A stretch of DNA of 64,000 nucleotides. Origin: Nymphaea colorata. Its lineage: Eukaryota. The translations under genes and the position numbers were made by a program. Location of the stretch: the NCBI RefSeq assembly GCF_008831285.2, contig NC_045138.2, forward strand, positions 39,618,001 through 39,682,000, written 5' to 3'. Each line of letters starts with the position of its first letter. Position 1 is the first letter of the stretch. Under the pieces are notes generated by a model, which had not been told where the DNA came from, did no database searches, and worked only from the letters and a program-made list of their open reading frames with translations. Below are positions 14,901 to 28,783 of the stretch, one piece after another.

Positions 14901-15934
14901 AGTTACGTCAATGCAAGCTTATATTAAGGCCAAAGCAAAAAGAGAGTTTCTTCTTGGCTTTGGCATTTAGATAGCGGGTCGTGATACAAAGTTTTATGGG
15001 CGTCCATTCCTTGCCTTGCACAAGCTGAAGCTTGTATAAGCACCGAGGGGCGTTTGATGGTGTGGAATTTTGATTTAAGAATGAAAACTCTACAATCATA
15101 ATTTCCTCTGAAAATGAAGGAAACAAAATACCTTTTTTTTAATAATTTCAATTTCTTAAAAATTGAGCATTTTGATTCTAAAATTCCAGAAACGAAATAC
15201 CTTTTTTTTTTTATAATAATTGAGCATTTTGATTCTAAAATTCCATGATTCTAGCTTAGGAGAAGAGATGAAAATTAATTTCTCAAAATTTTTTTTCATG
15301 CATATCTTGTCACATCTTGGTTTGGATATCCGATCCCCTCTTATTAGTCATTTACTCTAAAAAATAATTACCAAGTTGGTGTTATCGATATGTTTCATTA
15401 TACGTACAATGGACTTTTTTTCTTTTTCCTCTTTTTGTGAGGTCACCGACCATACTTATCGTGGATTTTATTGAGCAAAAAGAAGAATATGCTTCCATAC
15501 ATCACATAAAATAGGACGTCTCTCAGTGGAATTACTTTTCCTTTGGAGGGGCGAGGACCCAGTTCTAAAGGTTATATGCTCGGACCCAAACATATATAAC
15601 CAACAAAACAAAAAGACAAAAATGTCTCTTATAGAAAAGAAAAAAGGGGGTCAATGAAAAATCCCTTTGCCAACAAAAAGGGATCAAGCCCACTTAGTGG
15701 ACGTGGGCTCATGCGCGAATCTGGGGCTGGATCAAACACAAAGTACGGTCCCGCACTTTGTAAAAATCTACTATAAATGACATGATCTGTCAAATCACTA
15801 TTAGAAGCAATTCAATTCACCTGTCATGTCATGTCCTTTATTGCAAAGGGTGGGACCCACCATTTATTTTCTGAATTTGCATAAGTTTTTTGGGTGGGTA
15901 GAAGGTTAACAATCTATAAAGTCCCGCATTTTCC

Positions 15935-16066
15935 TTGCTCATGTGGTCCTGGACTACATTGAGACCTGGGTGGGATAGAGTACATTCATCAAGTAGCGAG
16001 TTGCTCATGTGGTCCTGAACTGCATTGAGACCTGGGTGGGGTAGAGTACATTCATCAAGTAGCGAG
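15935..16066. repeat. 66-bp tandem duplication, two copies
   Basis: TTGCTCATGTGGTCCTG...CATCAAGTAGCGAG at 15935-16000 and 16001-16066 with three substitutions. Confidence 0.95.
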
Positions 16067-17279
16067 TTGGGATAGGTTTGAAGTTAAAAAAAAGGAGGAA
16101 GAGATCTTTGACATCTCCACAATGTTCCATTTGAATTTGATCTTATAGTTATCTACTTGGTCAGGAGACCCATTTGTACTTCTTTATGTTTTAAAAGTGC
16201 AATTAGACCACATTAGAGTCGACGAAATCAATCTGTTTGGAAAGAAAACTTAACAATCATAAAATTTGTCTTAGCGGATAATCGGATCACCACTTCCATG
16301 CAACAGAATTAAACTAAACTTCCCTTTTTGTTCTCCTTTTGTTTTTCTTTCTTCGGCACAACTTTGAATGCAGGGAGTGAACATGTCAAGACTTTCGTCT
16401 CTTCTTCCATTGCACCCCAACGGGTTTCGGCAGAGAGTGTCATAAGGCACCTACCATGTTTGACGAGGGATACACAGGAAGCTAAAATACGTCTAAGATG
16501 TGATATTTTTTGCTCCACCATTCAAACACCTTCTTAGTGGAAGCTCGCCGCCCCTCGAGCTGGGTCAGAAGTAGGTACTGACTCGCCGGCCATAAGTTTC
16601 AAACTTGTAATGTTCCGTCAAATTGGTGGTGCTCACTGGTTATGCCGGCCGGCAGGAGACTTGCGGAAAATGTGCATTACCGAAAATCATGCCAGGCTTT
16701 TCTTTGGAAGCTTACATTCAAGGAAAGAAGAAAGGGAAGGCACATACATTTGTGGCTCATAGATGTAGAAAGAGAGAGGAAGACGACCACTCAGGTTTGA
16801 CCGGTAATGGAGGAAGGCAATACGGATGGTGAAAGTAAAGGGTGATGTTCTACAACACAAGTATGACTAGCCATGCTTATGTGTATCGCGAGAAAAACAT
16901 GCCATAAAGAGTGAGCGGTCCTCAGAGAATTGGTCGATAGGGTTTGTAGGTGGTCAGTCTCTATTGTCAGGGTCAGGTGAATCAACATTGCTGAAAAATC
17001 AAGAGATAGTCATCCATATACAAGTTGAAGTATCGTAGAGACAATACGCTAGACACTGAAAGCAGACCCTGTAACTTGAGAGAATACGAGGTTGCATGGG
17101 AGCTTCCGCTCTTTACCACATGGTTGGTCACCTTTTGTCACTTGAAAAAAAATGTCAACAGCAACGACGGTCCAACGCTTAGTGTTTGGCGGCATAAGCT
17201 TATTGATAGCTCCCAAGCTTGTTTTCCATAATTTAAATAGACAATTCTTGAAATTTCGGAAAAGATTGAGAAGCCAGCA

Positions 17280-17310
<31 letters not shown>

Positions 17311-17835
17311 GGACAATAACGGTTTACTTGGTCCGTATAATAGATCAATACTTTTTCAAAGCCATCAAGATAGTACCATTCAAGATTCAAAGTGAGGATG
17401 TAGCCACAAGACGCCACCCAACCTCATCTATTGAGGTAAGCTAAGAAAAGTTTGTCTTTCACAATTCGATTCAAATTAGGCTAAGAAGTAATGCAAAATT
17501 CCACGCAACTTCAATATATCATATATTCAATCAAAACGGAGAATGAAGAGGAAGACATCAATTTTAGGCATCCCACATTTGGATATATATACATATATAT
17601 AAAACAAAAAATAGTCTTGACCACATTCTACATTATTTATTGTTTTTAAAGGACAAGACATCTTTACCGACACCCAGTGGGGTTCATAGACTGTTCACAC
17701 GGTAGGTCTAGTTGAGTGTTCACTTAAAAAAAAAAAAAAATTCAATTGCGCCATGTATTTTTTAGATTTGAATTCAATTGGCCCTACCTGAATCCAGAAG
17801 TTAGACTGTCGACCCGTCCCTAAAGAAAATCCTGA

Positions 17836-17903
17836 CTCCGCCCCTAACAGTAAGCACTTTATAAAATTGCTCCGCCCCTAACAGTAAGCACTTTATAAAA
17901 TTG
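17836..17903. repeat. 34-bp perfect tandem duplication that includes a MITE terminus (CTCCGCCCCT)
   Basis: CTCCGCCCCTAACAGTAAGCACTTTATAAAATTG twice. Confidence 0.9.
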
Positions 17904-18904
17904 CTCCACTTATTTACGTCACATGTATGGCTTCACCTACTTTGTATGCTTATTTTAAGAACTTTTTTATTATGAGAAATTTCAATGACACTTCTAAATT
18001 TTTGGTAAAAATGGAAGGGAAGACCAAAATTTTTATTTAAAAGTTAGGCATGCCAAATTTGTCGTCAATTAAAGAGTTCATGGGTCGTCCGAATTTGCTG
18101 TCCAGTGCGAAATAACAATGCTCTTATACCCATGAAAGAAAAGATATAAAATAATGAAAGTTTTCTTTAGACAAAAATATCAAAAAATCAATCCAACTTT
18201 ACTTTTTTTTATTTTTTGGAAATTAATAATGGGTGATTTGATTCTGAAGTAAAAGTTATGATATTCTAAATATTTGAAGAAATAAATGAATGAGAAAGAT
18301 GAGAACCTTGCAGAAAAAGGAAAAGGGAAGTATGAGAAACACCCAAATTGATAAAGAGACCCAACATTCTTCCATTTTTTAAATACCTCAACTCACTTTC
18401 TTTGAGATATTCCAGACGACCGACTATGACATTCCCCTTAAAAGTTTAGGATTATTTACGAAAAGATTCCCATCTTTTAAGATAATAAAAACTTGCTCGA
18501 GCTTAAGTGTTTCTAGTTTAACGGCTTAAGTCTAAGAAATTCCAACATAAGCGTGTTTGTGTGAAATATTTTATTTTTAATGACAAAGTGCTCTTCACCA
18601 GAACCGTCCATTTGCAAAAAGCCGTAGAAATTGGGAGACTTCATTGGCAAGCCCTGGGATGTTAACTCTACGGGTTTGGATTTGGATTCGGGCCATCTCA
18701 ACCATCAAGACCCAAGCTCGGGCTCGGCTCGGCTTGGCCATAATAAAGCTCATAAAGCAAATATAACGTATGCATTGCTGGACTCAAAATTACAGGAAAG
18801 GCCATTGTCCCCTACCAGCCCCTCACCTCTGCCCTCAAGAATTTATAAGAGAGTTTGTTAAATTATTAGTTGTTTTGATTTTTAATTTTTTCTGACCAGA
18901 AATT

Positions 18905-19270
18905 AAAGGTGAACAATCCTTAAAGTTCGGCTGTTGTTTAATGAGATAAGTTTGAGTTCATGAGTCGACTTGTTCAAATAATCGAGTTGAGTTCGAGCTC
19001 AACACGTAACTGCCGAGTCGAACTCGAGCCTTAATCAAGTTCGTCGAGCCTTAATCAAGTCGATATATTCAAAACATGTTTACCAGTTTGCCGAGCTTTA
19101 ATCGAGTCGAACTCGAGCTCAACACGTAACAATGAATATCAATTCTATTCAAGCGAGTTTGTCGAGCTCAAGTTCAATACATAACTGTCGAGTCGAAGTC
19201 GAGCTGCTTCCGTCGAACTATTCTCGAGCTCAAGCCGAGTCGGGTTTGAGGTTTTATAAGTATAGCTGAG
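18905..19270. mobile_element. GAGCTCGAGTCG-rich non-autonomous DNA transposon copy
   Basis: Shares long near-identical blocks (e.g. GAGTTCATGAGTC..ACTTGTTCAA..TAATC..AGTTGAGTTCGAGCTCAACACGTAACTGCC) with 21579-22085. Confidence 0.65.
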
Positions 19271-21578
19271 CTGGAGGTGCAGACTCAAATCCTCGTGTTC
19301 TCCCCTAACAAAAACTAAATTGGTGGAAGAGTGAGTTGAAATCTATAAAATCGAAAATCGTCCAACACACAAACCTCGGGTCCCAATGATGGTGGCATAT
19401 AACACACTAAAAGAAATTTAAATTCATATTGAATATTCTTAAAAGCGTTTAGCTCTCTCCAGCAATTTTGGTCATTACTTGGTGAATCGGGTATGGGAAT
19501 GGTCAGATCCAACACGGATCCAACAGAAGGCTACGAGTACGATCCGTGATTTATATTTCTGCATTTTGATGTAAAGAGGGACATTATGGTAAAATTCGGC
19601 CGACGTAAAGCGGCCATGGATACAGTCAACGAAGTCGGCAGCCGGAAGGCGACAAAAAGTGCGGCCGCGGACCAAAAACACGGCATCTCCCCCGCCATTT
19701 TCGCCGAAAACGCACATTCCCAAAACGCCCCTCACGTTGTCTCGTTCTATGAATCCAAATGCCATCCGGTTCGCTCCCGCGTGCCGGCCGGGTCGGATGT
19801 CCCCACAATCAAAGTTATAAACCTGAACACCTGTGTTCTAAGACTGGTTTTGATGAGATTGAAATTTTAATTTTAATTTAACATCATGAATTTATTTTAT
19901 AATTTAAAACAACATGAACGGCTCCGATCCAAGACACATAACAGATCGACGGTCTGAACGAACCCAAATATGATGCCATTAAAATTACAAACGATTTCAT
20001 AGTTGGTCGAACCTATTTGCGGCCTTATTAAGAGTAAAGTGAATAGATCAACAAAAGCTAATAATTCATTATAGATAACTTTTTTGCTTTAAGGAAAGAT
20101 ATTTTTGAGCAAGGGCGGGCCGACAGTCTAACCTCTGAATCTGGATAGGGACAAAATGAATTTAAATATAAAAAATACATGGTGTAATTAAAAAATTATA
20201 TTTTTTTAATGTAATTTTTTTTTTCATTAGTTAGTTTGAGGCCATGGCCTAGGGGCCCCCTTCCCTCGCTCTCTAGGACATTGTATCCAACCTAATGTGA
20301 TGGTAAAAATGAATTAAGATCATAACGTCTTCATTTTTAGTGCAAATCCCTTGTAGATAGGCAGGCCCCATATTGTTGTTGACGTTTTTTCTTCTCTAGA
20401 GATTATTAACTATTTGATTGGATGTGCTTTTTTAAGTTTTTGAGGTGAGCAGGAGGTTATCCGACTTCGAAAGAAAGTCAAAGCTCGTCCCTTTCTCCTT
20501 GCCCCTCAAGGCCACAACAACCTCAGCAGTAGGATAGCCGCATGGCAGAGTCAAAAACTTTTCATAAAGGGAGAAAAATTAAAGTTTTTAAATTTTGACT
20601 AGGACCGAAATATCATTTTTTAAACTTTTATATAAAACAAGTGAAATTTTTTAAAATATTCATGTATTTTTAAAAAAAAAAAAAATTTGAGGTGGGTCAG
20701 GACCTACACGGACCCTACCTTGGTTCCACCTCTGCGCATGATCAACTTACATATAAAGCCCACCCCCTCTTTTTGTATATGAAGAAAGACACAAAGGATA
20801 AAAAATTTCAAATGACTTTTATACGAATGAAATATCTCACATTCAGAGGGAGGTTTCTCTATATAAGAACAAAGGATTTGCAGATTTTCCGAAGGACACG
20901 ACATTCATGGCGTCCGAGTGATTTTTGTTTCATGATCGCTAACGACAATTATATCTATATATCACGAAGAGAGTATAGCAGCCTTTATTTGGTTGCTAGT
21001 AATGAAACTTATCCTAACGTATTTTCATTTTGAGACAAGAGGTAGTCCTCTTTTTTAAGGGGACCATTTTCGGGAGATTCCAAGTGAAATGGACGACGTG
21101 ATCCTCTTTCAAAAGTCGTTTGATAAGAAAACCATTGTGTTTCTAAGAACATATTCATAAATTATATTTTAATTATTTTAATATCAAGGATACCATATTT
21201 TTATATTAAAGAACATGGCATGATTATATACAGCATTTGATCGTACGATTTAAAATTCACATCTATAGTCACATCATATCTCTTAGGAACACAATGTTCT
21301 TCTTGGCAAATGTCCTATTAAAGGTTTGACATCCCTTGATGGCAGATGAAATGTTTGGAACACATAGAAAGGTGTTGCCTTCCGGCTCTTTCTTTGTGTT
21401 GTCGCTGCCTTTGTTTTCAAGTGAGTGCTAAGCAGAAGGCAAGAGAAAATGTCAAATTTGTCCAGTTGAAGACCTTCGATCAAGTTTCCAGGCTTGTCTT
21501 TCTCTTGCTTGAGTTTTACCATGGCGTTGAATATAAGTCCACACTATTAGATTTATTTAACTTAGTGTCAGTTTTAAG

Positions 21579-22085
21579 TAGGGGTGAACAACGAGTCGAG
21601 TTACTCGATCTCGACTCGTTAAAGCTCAGCACTTATACGAGTTCGAGCCGAGTCATTTTCTTAACAAGTCGAGTTCGAGTTCATGAGTCAACTTGTTCAA
21701 GTAATCAAGTTGAGTTCGAGCTCAACACGTAACTGCCAAGTCGACTTCGAATCTTAATGAAGTTTGTCGAGCGTTAATCAAGTCGATATATTCAAACGAG
21801 TTTACGAATCTGTTAAGCCTTAATCAACTCGATATATTCAAACAAGTTTACGAGTCTGTCGAGCCTTAATCGAGTCGAGCTCGAACTCAACACGTGATGA
21901 TGAATATCAATTTCATTCAAACTAGTTTGTCGAGCCTTAATCGAGTCGAGCTCGAACTCAACACGTAATGATGAATATCAATTCCATTCAAACTAGTTTG
22001 TCGAGCTTTAATCGAGTCGAGCTTGAGGTTTCATTAGTCTAGCCGAGCTCGAGCTGACTAAACTCGAGCTCGACTCAGCCAGGTT
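21579..22085. mobile_element. GAGCTCGAGTCG-rich non-autonomous DNA transposon (hAT-like start TAGGGGTG) with an internal 71-bp tandem duplication
   Basis: Starts TAGGGGTGAACAACGAGTCGAG; iterated CGAGCT/CGAGTC motifs; internal repeat units begin at 21857 and 21928. Further degenerate relatives at about 12820-13190 and 24540-24820. Confidence 0.7.
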
Positions 22086-23508
22086 GGTTCATTCTAAACT
22101 CCACTCAATTTCTCTTATTATAAATCTTAATAAGGTCTCTTAAAAAAAGTGAAGCATGAAAACCTTAGGTTTGGCTCGGGATCGGCTACTTGTGCAGCCC
22201 CAGATGTAACACAATCTCATAATTGCCTTGATAACTGATTTGGCTTTGGCATCATGGATAGGACAATTGATTAGGTGAATGGGAGAAGTATTTCATCGTA
22301 CCGCTCAACAAGAAAGCCAAAAAGTCTTCTACCCTTCCCTCTTTCACTGAGGTACCAGACCTGCTTTTGGTGTCCCGAAGAGCCACCGTACTATTGCACT
22401 TTCTATGTTGAAATTTGAACGTATAGATCATCACCTTTTAAAACCAACTTGTGGGCGGCCTACTATTGCACTTTCTACGTTGAAATTTGAACTCTGAGTT
22501 CAAAATTTCTCTAGCTAAATGCCTAACTAGTTTCATTTACTTTTAGTAGATCCGACTCGAGTCAGATCTTTTGTACTGTCCTTTATCAAATGTTGATCGG
22601 GTATCTGACCAAACTGCTTAAAAAAAAATTGGATATGGAAAAAAAGGTTCGCATTCTAATCAGGAAATCAGATTCAAACTTATGAAATGACATGATTGAA
22701 TTCATATTCGAATCTGCTTTTTAATAAATGTATGATTGGACTTGGATTCAGATTCAGTTTTAAATAAACATCTCATATCTAATATCCATACATTTTGAAA
22801 GCCGTTTTAGGTGGAAACAAAAGTTGAATTCAGATCAAATTCAGATTGAGAATTTAAAAATCCGATTTAGACATAGTATTAAACTTTCATCCATTCATAT
22901 TGCCGTTTTATTGCCGTGATTTCAAAGTCCAACAAAAAATCCATAAACCCGTACACTTTTTTTTCTTTAAACCTAACCATCCTTGTTTTCCCTAGCTCCT
23001 CCTGGTGCTGCTTCAATTTTGTAGATAACTCCAAAATAAAACTACTTTCATTCAACTCGGTGGTTTTGAAAAATGTGAAGTCTTCTATATATATATATAT
23101 ATATATATTCTCCTCCTCTTAATGTTATTTCGGAGACTTTTCCTCATTGTGGTCATAATCCTGAGAAAAGAAAGTCAAGGTTTTTCAGTCAGCTCCAACA
23201 GAAAATCGGTACGTCCTTTTTTTTTCTTTCTAAACCTAACTTAAGAACTTATTGAGAATATTTGCATCTTGTGTTTGAATGAGTATTGTGTGGTCAAAAC
23301 ATATCAAGCATCCCAAATAAATTATCTGGGATGTTCCAAATGGTAGGTTAGTGGCATATTGTTTGCCTTGAAGCAAGTTTGTCACTTATTTCAAAAACTA
23401 AGAACAAAACATCCTAGTGAAAAATGTATTCTTTCCTTGCAAGCCTGCAGGGAGATGGAGTCTAACCAAAGATACATGTCAACATCCAATCTTGTGCCCA
23501 ACTCGTAA

Positions 23509-23613
23509 GAGGCCGTTTGGCAATAGGAACACTGTGTTGGTCTTCTCTGAATATACGTAAAACTACGAAAGATTCGTGAAACTCACACGATGTTCCTAAT
23601 GCCAAACGGTCTC
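23509..23613. mobile_element. Tourist-like (PIF/Harbinger) MITE
   Basis: TIRs GAGGCCGTTTGGCA / TGCCAAACGGTCTC, flanked on both sides by TAA (23506-23508 and 23614-23616). Confidence 0.8.
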
Positions 23614-24033
23614 TAAAAGGAACATTCTCGCAGACCATGGCTTAGATTCTCACATACTACTCATTTGAGGTGGTGGCTTTTTCTGAAACCATGCAGATAT
23701 TAACTTTGGATACCAAAGAAAGAAACCATGAAGTACTGCTTTCTTTAACATACAATTATGTACTTCTAATTGGCTCCTAGCTCCACTAATTTATATCCCA
23801 CATGATTATGTTCATGGTAAATATTGTTCCTTTTTGTCCCAAACCAGCATATCATTTTCCTCAAAATTATTATGTGTGACTGACACATATAATGAATGTG
23901 AATGCAGGACATACCAGCAAGGCCGTTTTCAAGCATGCCATATACATAAATATTCATGCAGTAAGAAGTCGCCGGAGGTACAGTAAATTAAACCATCACT
24001 GCCAAGTCATACACATCAACTATCAATCACAAG

Positions 24034-24223
24034 CAAGGGCGGAGCTATAAATTTATCATGAGAGGGGCCAAATTAAAGTTTATAAATTTTGACGCGGGCT
24101 GAAATATCATTTAAAATTTTTTTTGTATAGGACAAGTAAAATTTTTTAAAATTTACATGTAATTTTTTTTTTTTTTGAGGTGGAGCTAGGGCCCATGCAA
24201 GCCCCCCCTTGGCTCCACCCCTG
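24034..24223. mobile_element. hAT-like MITE (CAGGGGCGGAGC-type TIR family)
   Basis: TIRs CAAGGGCGGAGC / GCTCCACCCCTG with AT-rich interior; same layout as 36585-36796. No clean TSD. Confidence 0.7.
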
Positions 24224-25441
24224 ATCTGAAAGCTTGCAACTATAAGTTGGAGCTCGAATTTTGAGGCATTTTTTTCACCTATCTCTGGATGAAGTGACAA
24301 AGATTTATATGTGTCCATGCAATGAAATGATTTAACCATAATTTGTATTATTTAATATTTATACAACAGTAGTTTGTATATATGACAATGCCCAAGGGAA
24401 TTGACCTACAGTTAAACCAAAATTTTGTGGTCATAACCTTCTGCAGAAGTTTCAATGAGGCGCCAGAGCCTCCCACCTTCACTTGGCCCTTAGGGTCTAG
24501 GTCTGCTTTCCGTGAGCATTTTATGTACAAACTGCCCAATTGGTTGAGCAACTTGAGCTCGGCTTGAGCTCAACTCGTATAGACTCAGCTAGAGCCCGGT
24601 ACACGAGCTGAGCTTAACTCAAAACAATGAATCAAGTTCAGTTTTAAAGTGAAGTGGTCTATTCAACGAGCCGAGTTCTAGATAGGTGCAATCGACTTGT
24701 TTAAGCTTGATTAAGCTTATTGTTCAATGTGCAAAATATGTTTCTTGGTGTCGTGCCAAAAGACAAGCTCAAGCTTAAGATTTTAGAGCTAATTAAAATT
24801 TTAATCAGTTTGAGCTGAGCATGATAGGGTCCCTAGTTTCATGCATAATAAATGATGAATTGGGATATTCTCGACATCTCATATCAGAATTTTAATAGAC
24901 AGATAAAGAGGCGCCATGGAGAGCCCTTTGAAATTTGACCAACTTTGTCTCCAGTACATATCATTCCAAAATGTCTTTTGTAACGACATAAAAATTATTT
25001 AATTTGGAGCATTCATCTCCTTCCTTTCTTGTCCAATAAGATAGTACATTCATATCATTACTAATTTATCGCCTTTCCCTTGTAATTTAGTCATTTGATT
25101 GGGCGTCACATTACTTTCAAATGCATCCACATGCTTGCTGCACCATTATCCTGAAATTGCACTTTAAACTCTGCAGAAATGTGTTATATATGAAAGGAAA
25201 AAAAAAACATGTTTGGAATTCAATCAAAAGAAAATATAAAATCTTCCATATCCCTGAAACTCAATATCATTGTAATATGAAGAATTTGCCAAATTAAAAT
25301 TCATTAGAAAGATATAGCTATCCTATCTCAGGTTAACTTAATTTCAAGGATCCATTAAGCACACTGGCTCTCTGGCTCTTGGAGAGTTCCGCGTCCTAGA
25401 AAAACTTTGGAAACAAAGGTCGTTTTGCAAATAAAATATAA

Positions 25442-25594
25442 GGGATTGTTTGACAGTTGGAACACTTTGTAGTGTTCCATGAATCGGCCCAAATATTCAA
25501 GCAGGTTCATAAAACACTTGAACAAGTGTTTCATGAACCGCTCGAATCTTTTGACTAAATTAGTGGAATATTCACAAAGTTGGCAGACAACCCC
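25442..25594. mobile_element. Tourist-like MITE
   Basis: Ends GGGATTGTTTG / CAGACAACCCC with TAA on both sides; internal GTTCCATGAATC...GTTCATAAAACACT shared with the copy at 44275-44378. Confidence 0.7.
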
Positions 25595-28500
25595 TAAAGG
25601 TTTGGCCGAGGATTAGAAAAATATTCCAGCAGAAATGTAGAAATGTCTGGTTGGAATTTGTGGCACAAGAAAAAAAAAACGATAGAAAAGAAAAGTTAAA
25701 GGACCATAGTACAGTAGACGAGTACCAAAGCAGAAATTAAGAGAATTTTTCGCTTGCAAACAAGTGGTTGGTTTTGGAAAATGTTTACTGTGGGAACAAC
25801 TTTCTGATTAGAACAGCGAAAATAGTTTTGTTTTTCCTTGCTCAGATGACAACTCTTTTCCTATTGTTTTCTCGCTTGCAAACACGGCCCAAGTACATAT
25901 GAAAAAGGGAAAAAAGAAAGGAAGAAAATAATCCCTAAAAGGAGAGGCAAAAGGAAGATGGTGCAGTGCAGATGAGGAAGGTATTTGGGACAAGCCACAT
26001 GGCTGGTGACTTTTGAGGAAGACAATGGCTACTTATACTTAGGACAAAATATGAGCAGCATGAAAACATTGATGATCTATTAATTCTATATAGCTGTGAG
26101 ATTGATGAAGAAGACATCTAAAGGAGCCTTCATTCAAACGCGCCTCGGTTTTACCTCACTAGCTGCGCAAAGATTGTGAAAGGAGCCTTGTTTATAAAAG
26201 CTGACTACAGGGTTTATGTTGTTTGTACCTAGTACATACAACTATACTGTAAAGCCTAAAAAGAACATTTACGTCAATAGACAATTGAAAGGCTTCTACC
26301 GAGGGGCGGAGCTAGGATTTTTTTCAGGAGTGAGTCAAACAGTCTAACCTCTGGATCCGGGTGGCACCAAATGAACCTGAACAATACATAGTGCAACTAA
26401 AAATTTTCAATTTTTTCAATGTAATTTTTTTTTTCAATTTGTTAGGGTGGGGCCATGCCCCTGCTTCTACCAAAATACTTGAGGTTTTGCTACCAAAATA
26501 CTTGAGTTTCGCTACCAAGGGCACCACCTTGGTTGAGTAAGGCTTAAAACTTTCAGCTTCAAAGGAGGCCAAGTTCCTCACTGTATATGCGCCTAGTGGT
26601 ATAAGCAAGCACCGGCCCAAATAATTATGTTTCGTGAATCTATCCCAATGTCCAGAGCAGAAATAAAAAAAAATACTAATTGACTAACATGCATGGGGCT
26701 CTGCCCTAACTGCCAAGTAGGAAAATATCGTGGGAAAACTCAAAGCTGCAGAGTGGCTGTGATGAGACTTGATGTAAGGTCCTCAACTTGACACTCTTCA
26801 CATCCGGTTCTTACCATACATACCACCTTTGGGTGACATAAATTTAAATACTTCATTTTCACCTGTATGCCAATGAATGGTAAGTTTTGACGTTCATGCA
26901 TCAAACTTGGGACTTACCATCATTTAATTACCTTCAGATGTTACCATACCACATATGCAGTAATAGATAATAGGACATTCAAGATGAATAAGAAACACAA
27001 AATTCGATGATAGTAAAGCATCGTTCTCCTGCTAATTAGGAATAGATAGATTATAACTATGGTACATGTATATGCAGTATGTATTTGTCTGGTTGCATCC
27101 TAAAGAAGATCTTACCAGCATTTATCTCCACCAACATTGAGTACAAAAAAGTTGTGGATTCACTACAGCTAAATTCATTGGAGACAAATTGTTCGAAATC
27201 GAATCTGCTGTAGCCAACAATATTGACAAATTTTGTACTAGATATCAGGCAAATTTTCATAGGCCTAAGAGCCTAAAACTTTGTGTTGAAAAGAAGTATT
27301 CTTAGATGTGACATGCCTTGCTTAGCACTTGAATATCTTCGTCTATGAGATAAAACTTCATTTTCTATATTCACAGAGTTACATTTATGCAAACAAGGGA
27401 ATCGATTTCATATTACCAAGAAGTGAGATCCATGTAATTATTCCTTCACATGAAAAAGCATCTCTACGATTAGATTGTTCAAAAACAAACTTAGAAAGCT
27501 GGCTTTTTTTAGCATGATTGCATAAGATATTCCCATATCCAATGTGCTTACCTGAACTGGTGTTGCATAGCAGCACAGTAACATGCTTAAAGAGGAAAAA
27601 GTTAAGGGAAACAAAATGCGATCATAAAAGTAAGAGAAACCTATACAAAGTGAGAGAGTAGTGCTGCTTTTCAAGCAATGAGAGGCTTTCGATGCTCATC
27701 TAATGATATTAAAATCATGCTTGATTTCTTGTTTCCATTTTATATGTGAAAACTGCAACGTGGGTGAAGAGACATTGTGTCTCTCTCAAGTTCCTAAAAC
27801 AACCACATCGCCCTAGAATTACTTAAGTATCACCTTTAACAACAAAACATCTAAGTTTTCACTCACTTTTAGCTAGGAATGTCATCAAAGCACCTGCAAA
27901 GGTTCTCTGTCATATGACATTATTTCTTTATATATATATATATATATCCAACGTAATTTATAACCAAGTTACTTTTTCTGTTTCATTGTGATCCAATGAA
28001 CATGACATATATACATATATAACATAAAGTTAGCATGTTGGTACTCTCATTATTTCATTCTAAATTACCTTAAATGGCAATATGCGAGCCACCAATGACC
28101 AGTTGTATATATATATATATATATTCTAGTGTGTCGAACATTGTTGGATAGTTATAATTTAAAATTTATTGTCAAAAAACCATTACTAAATTGTTTAGTT
28201 ACTATAATGTGACAATAGTTTGCGATGGCTTTAGTAACTATTTATAGTCTTTTTACTAATCAGTTTTTTAAATTTTAACCCACCACGTCAATATGAATAT
28301 ATATATATATATACATATATATAAGAATGGTGACTCTAAGAGTCATTTAGCGATCTAATAAAAATTACTTTATGAAATTGGTTGGGAGAAAAAAAAAAGA
28401 AAAGGCATCATCTAACATTAACTCATATATTTTTTTTTCTTTATTTTTGCAAGCATTTATCTTCATACTATATATATATATATATATTGTGCCAATGGAA

Positions 28501-28775
28501 AACAATTTTTATATTTGTAAAAAGAGAGAGAAAAAAAAAAAGAGACCCTGCCCGATTTGGTCTGCCAATATTGCAAAGCGATGGTGTTGACCCGTGCAAG
28601 ATATGCCGAACCGCGACTATTTAAATGCAAAAGGAAAAAGGAAAGGCCAGTCGACGGCCGCACTGCCGACTCTGCCCGGCATTTGGCCATTACTTCAAGG
28701 GTGTTCTAGTCATGGAAAAAGTCGGCCGCGTTGGAGCAGCTGCCTCGTGCGTGGCTAGTCACTTCTCTCTCCCTC

Positions 28776-28783
28776 TATAAATA
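28776..28783 (+). promoter_or_regulatory. Probable TATA box of the JAR1-like gene
   Basis: TATAAATA followed by a CT-rich leader, then a GT..AG leader intron, then the JAR1 ATG. Confidence 0.6.

Noticed and set aside
21579..22085. Repeated palindromic GAGCTCGAG/CGAGTCGA units resembling a CRISPR array
   Set aside because: Plant nuclear context, no constant repeat with unique spacers, no cas genes; matches a dispersed MITE family.
3000..28700. Conserved miRNA precursors or tRNA genes in the long intergenic stretch
   Set aside because: I recognised no conserved mature miRNA sequence or tRNA motif by eye; the inverted repeats seen are MITE termini. An Infernal/tRNAscan run would be needed to exclude them.
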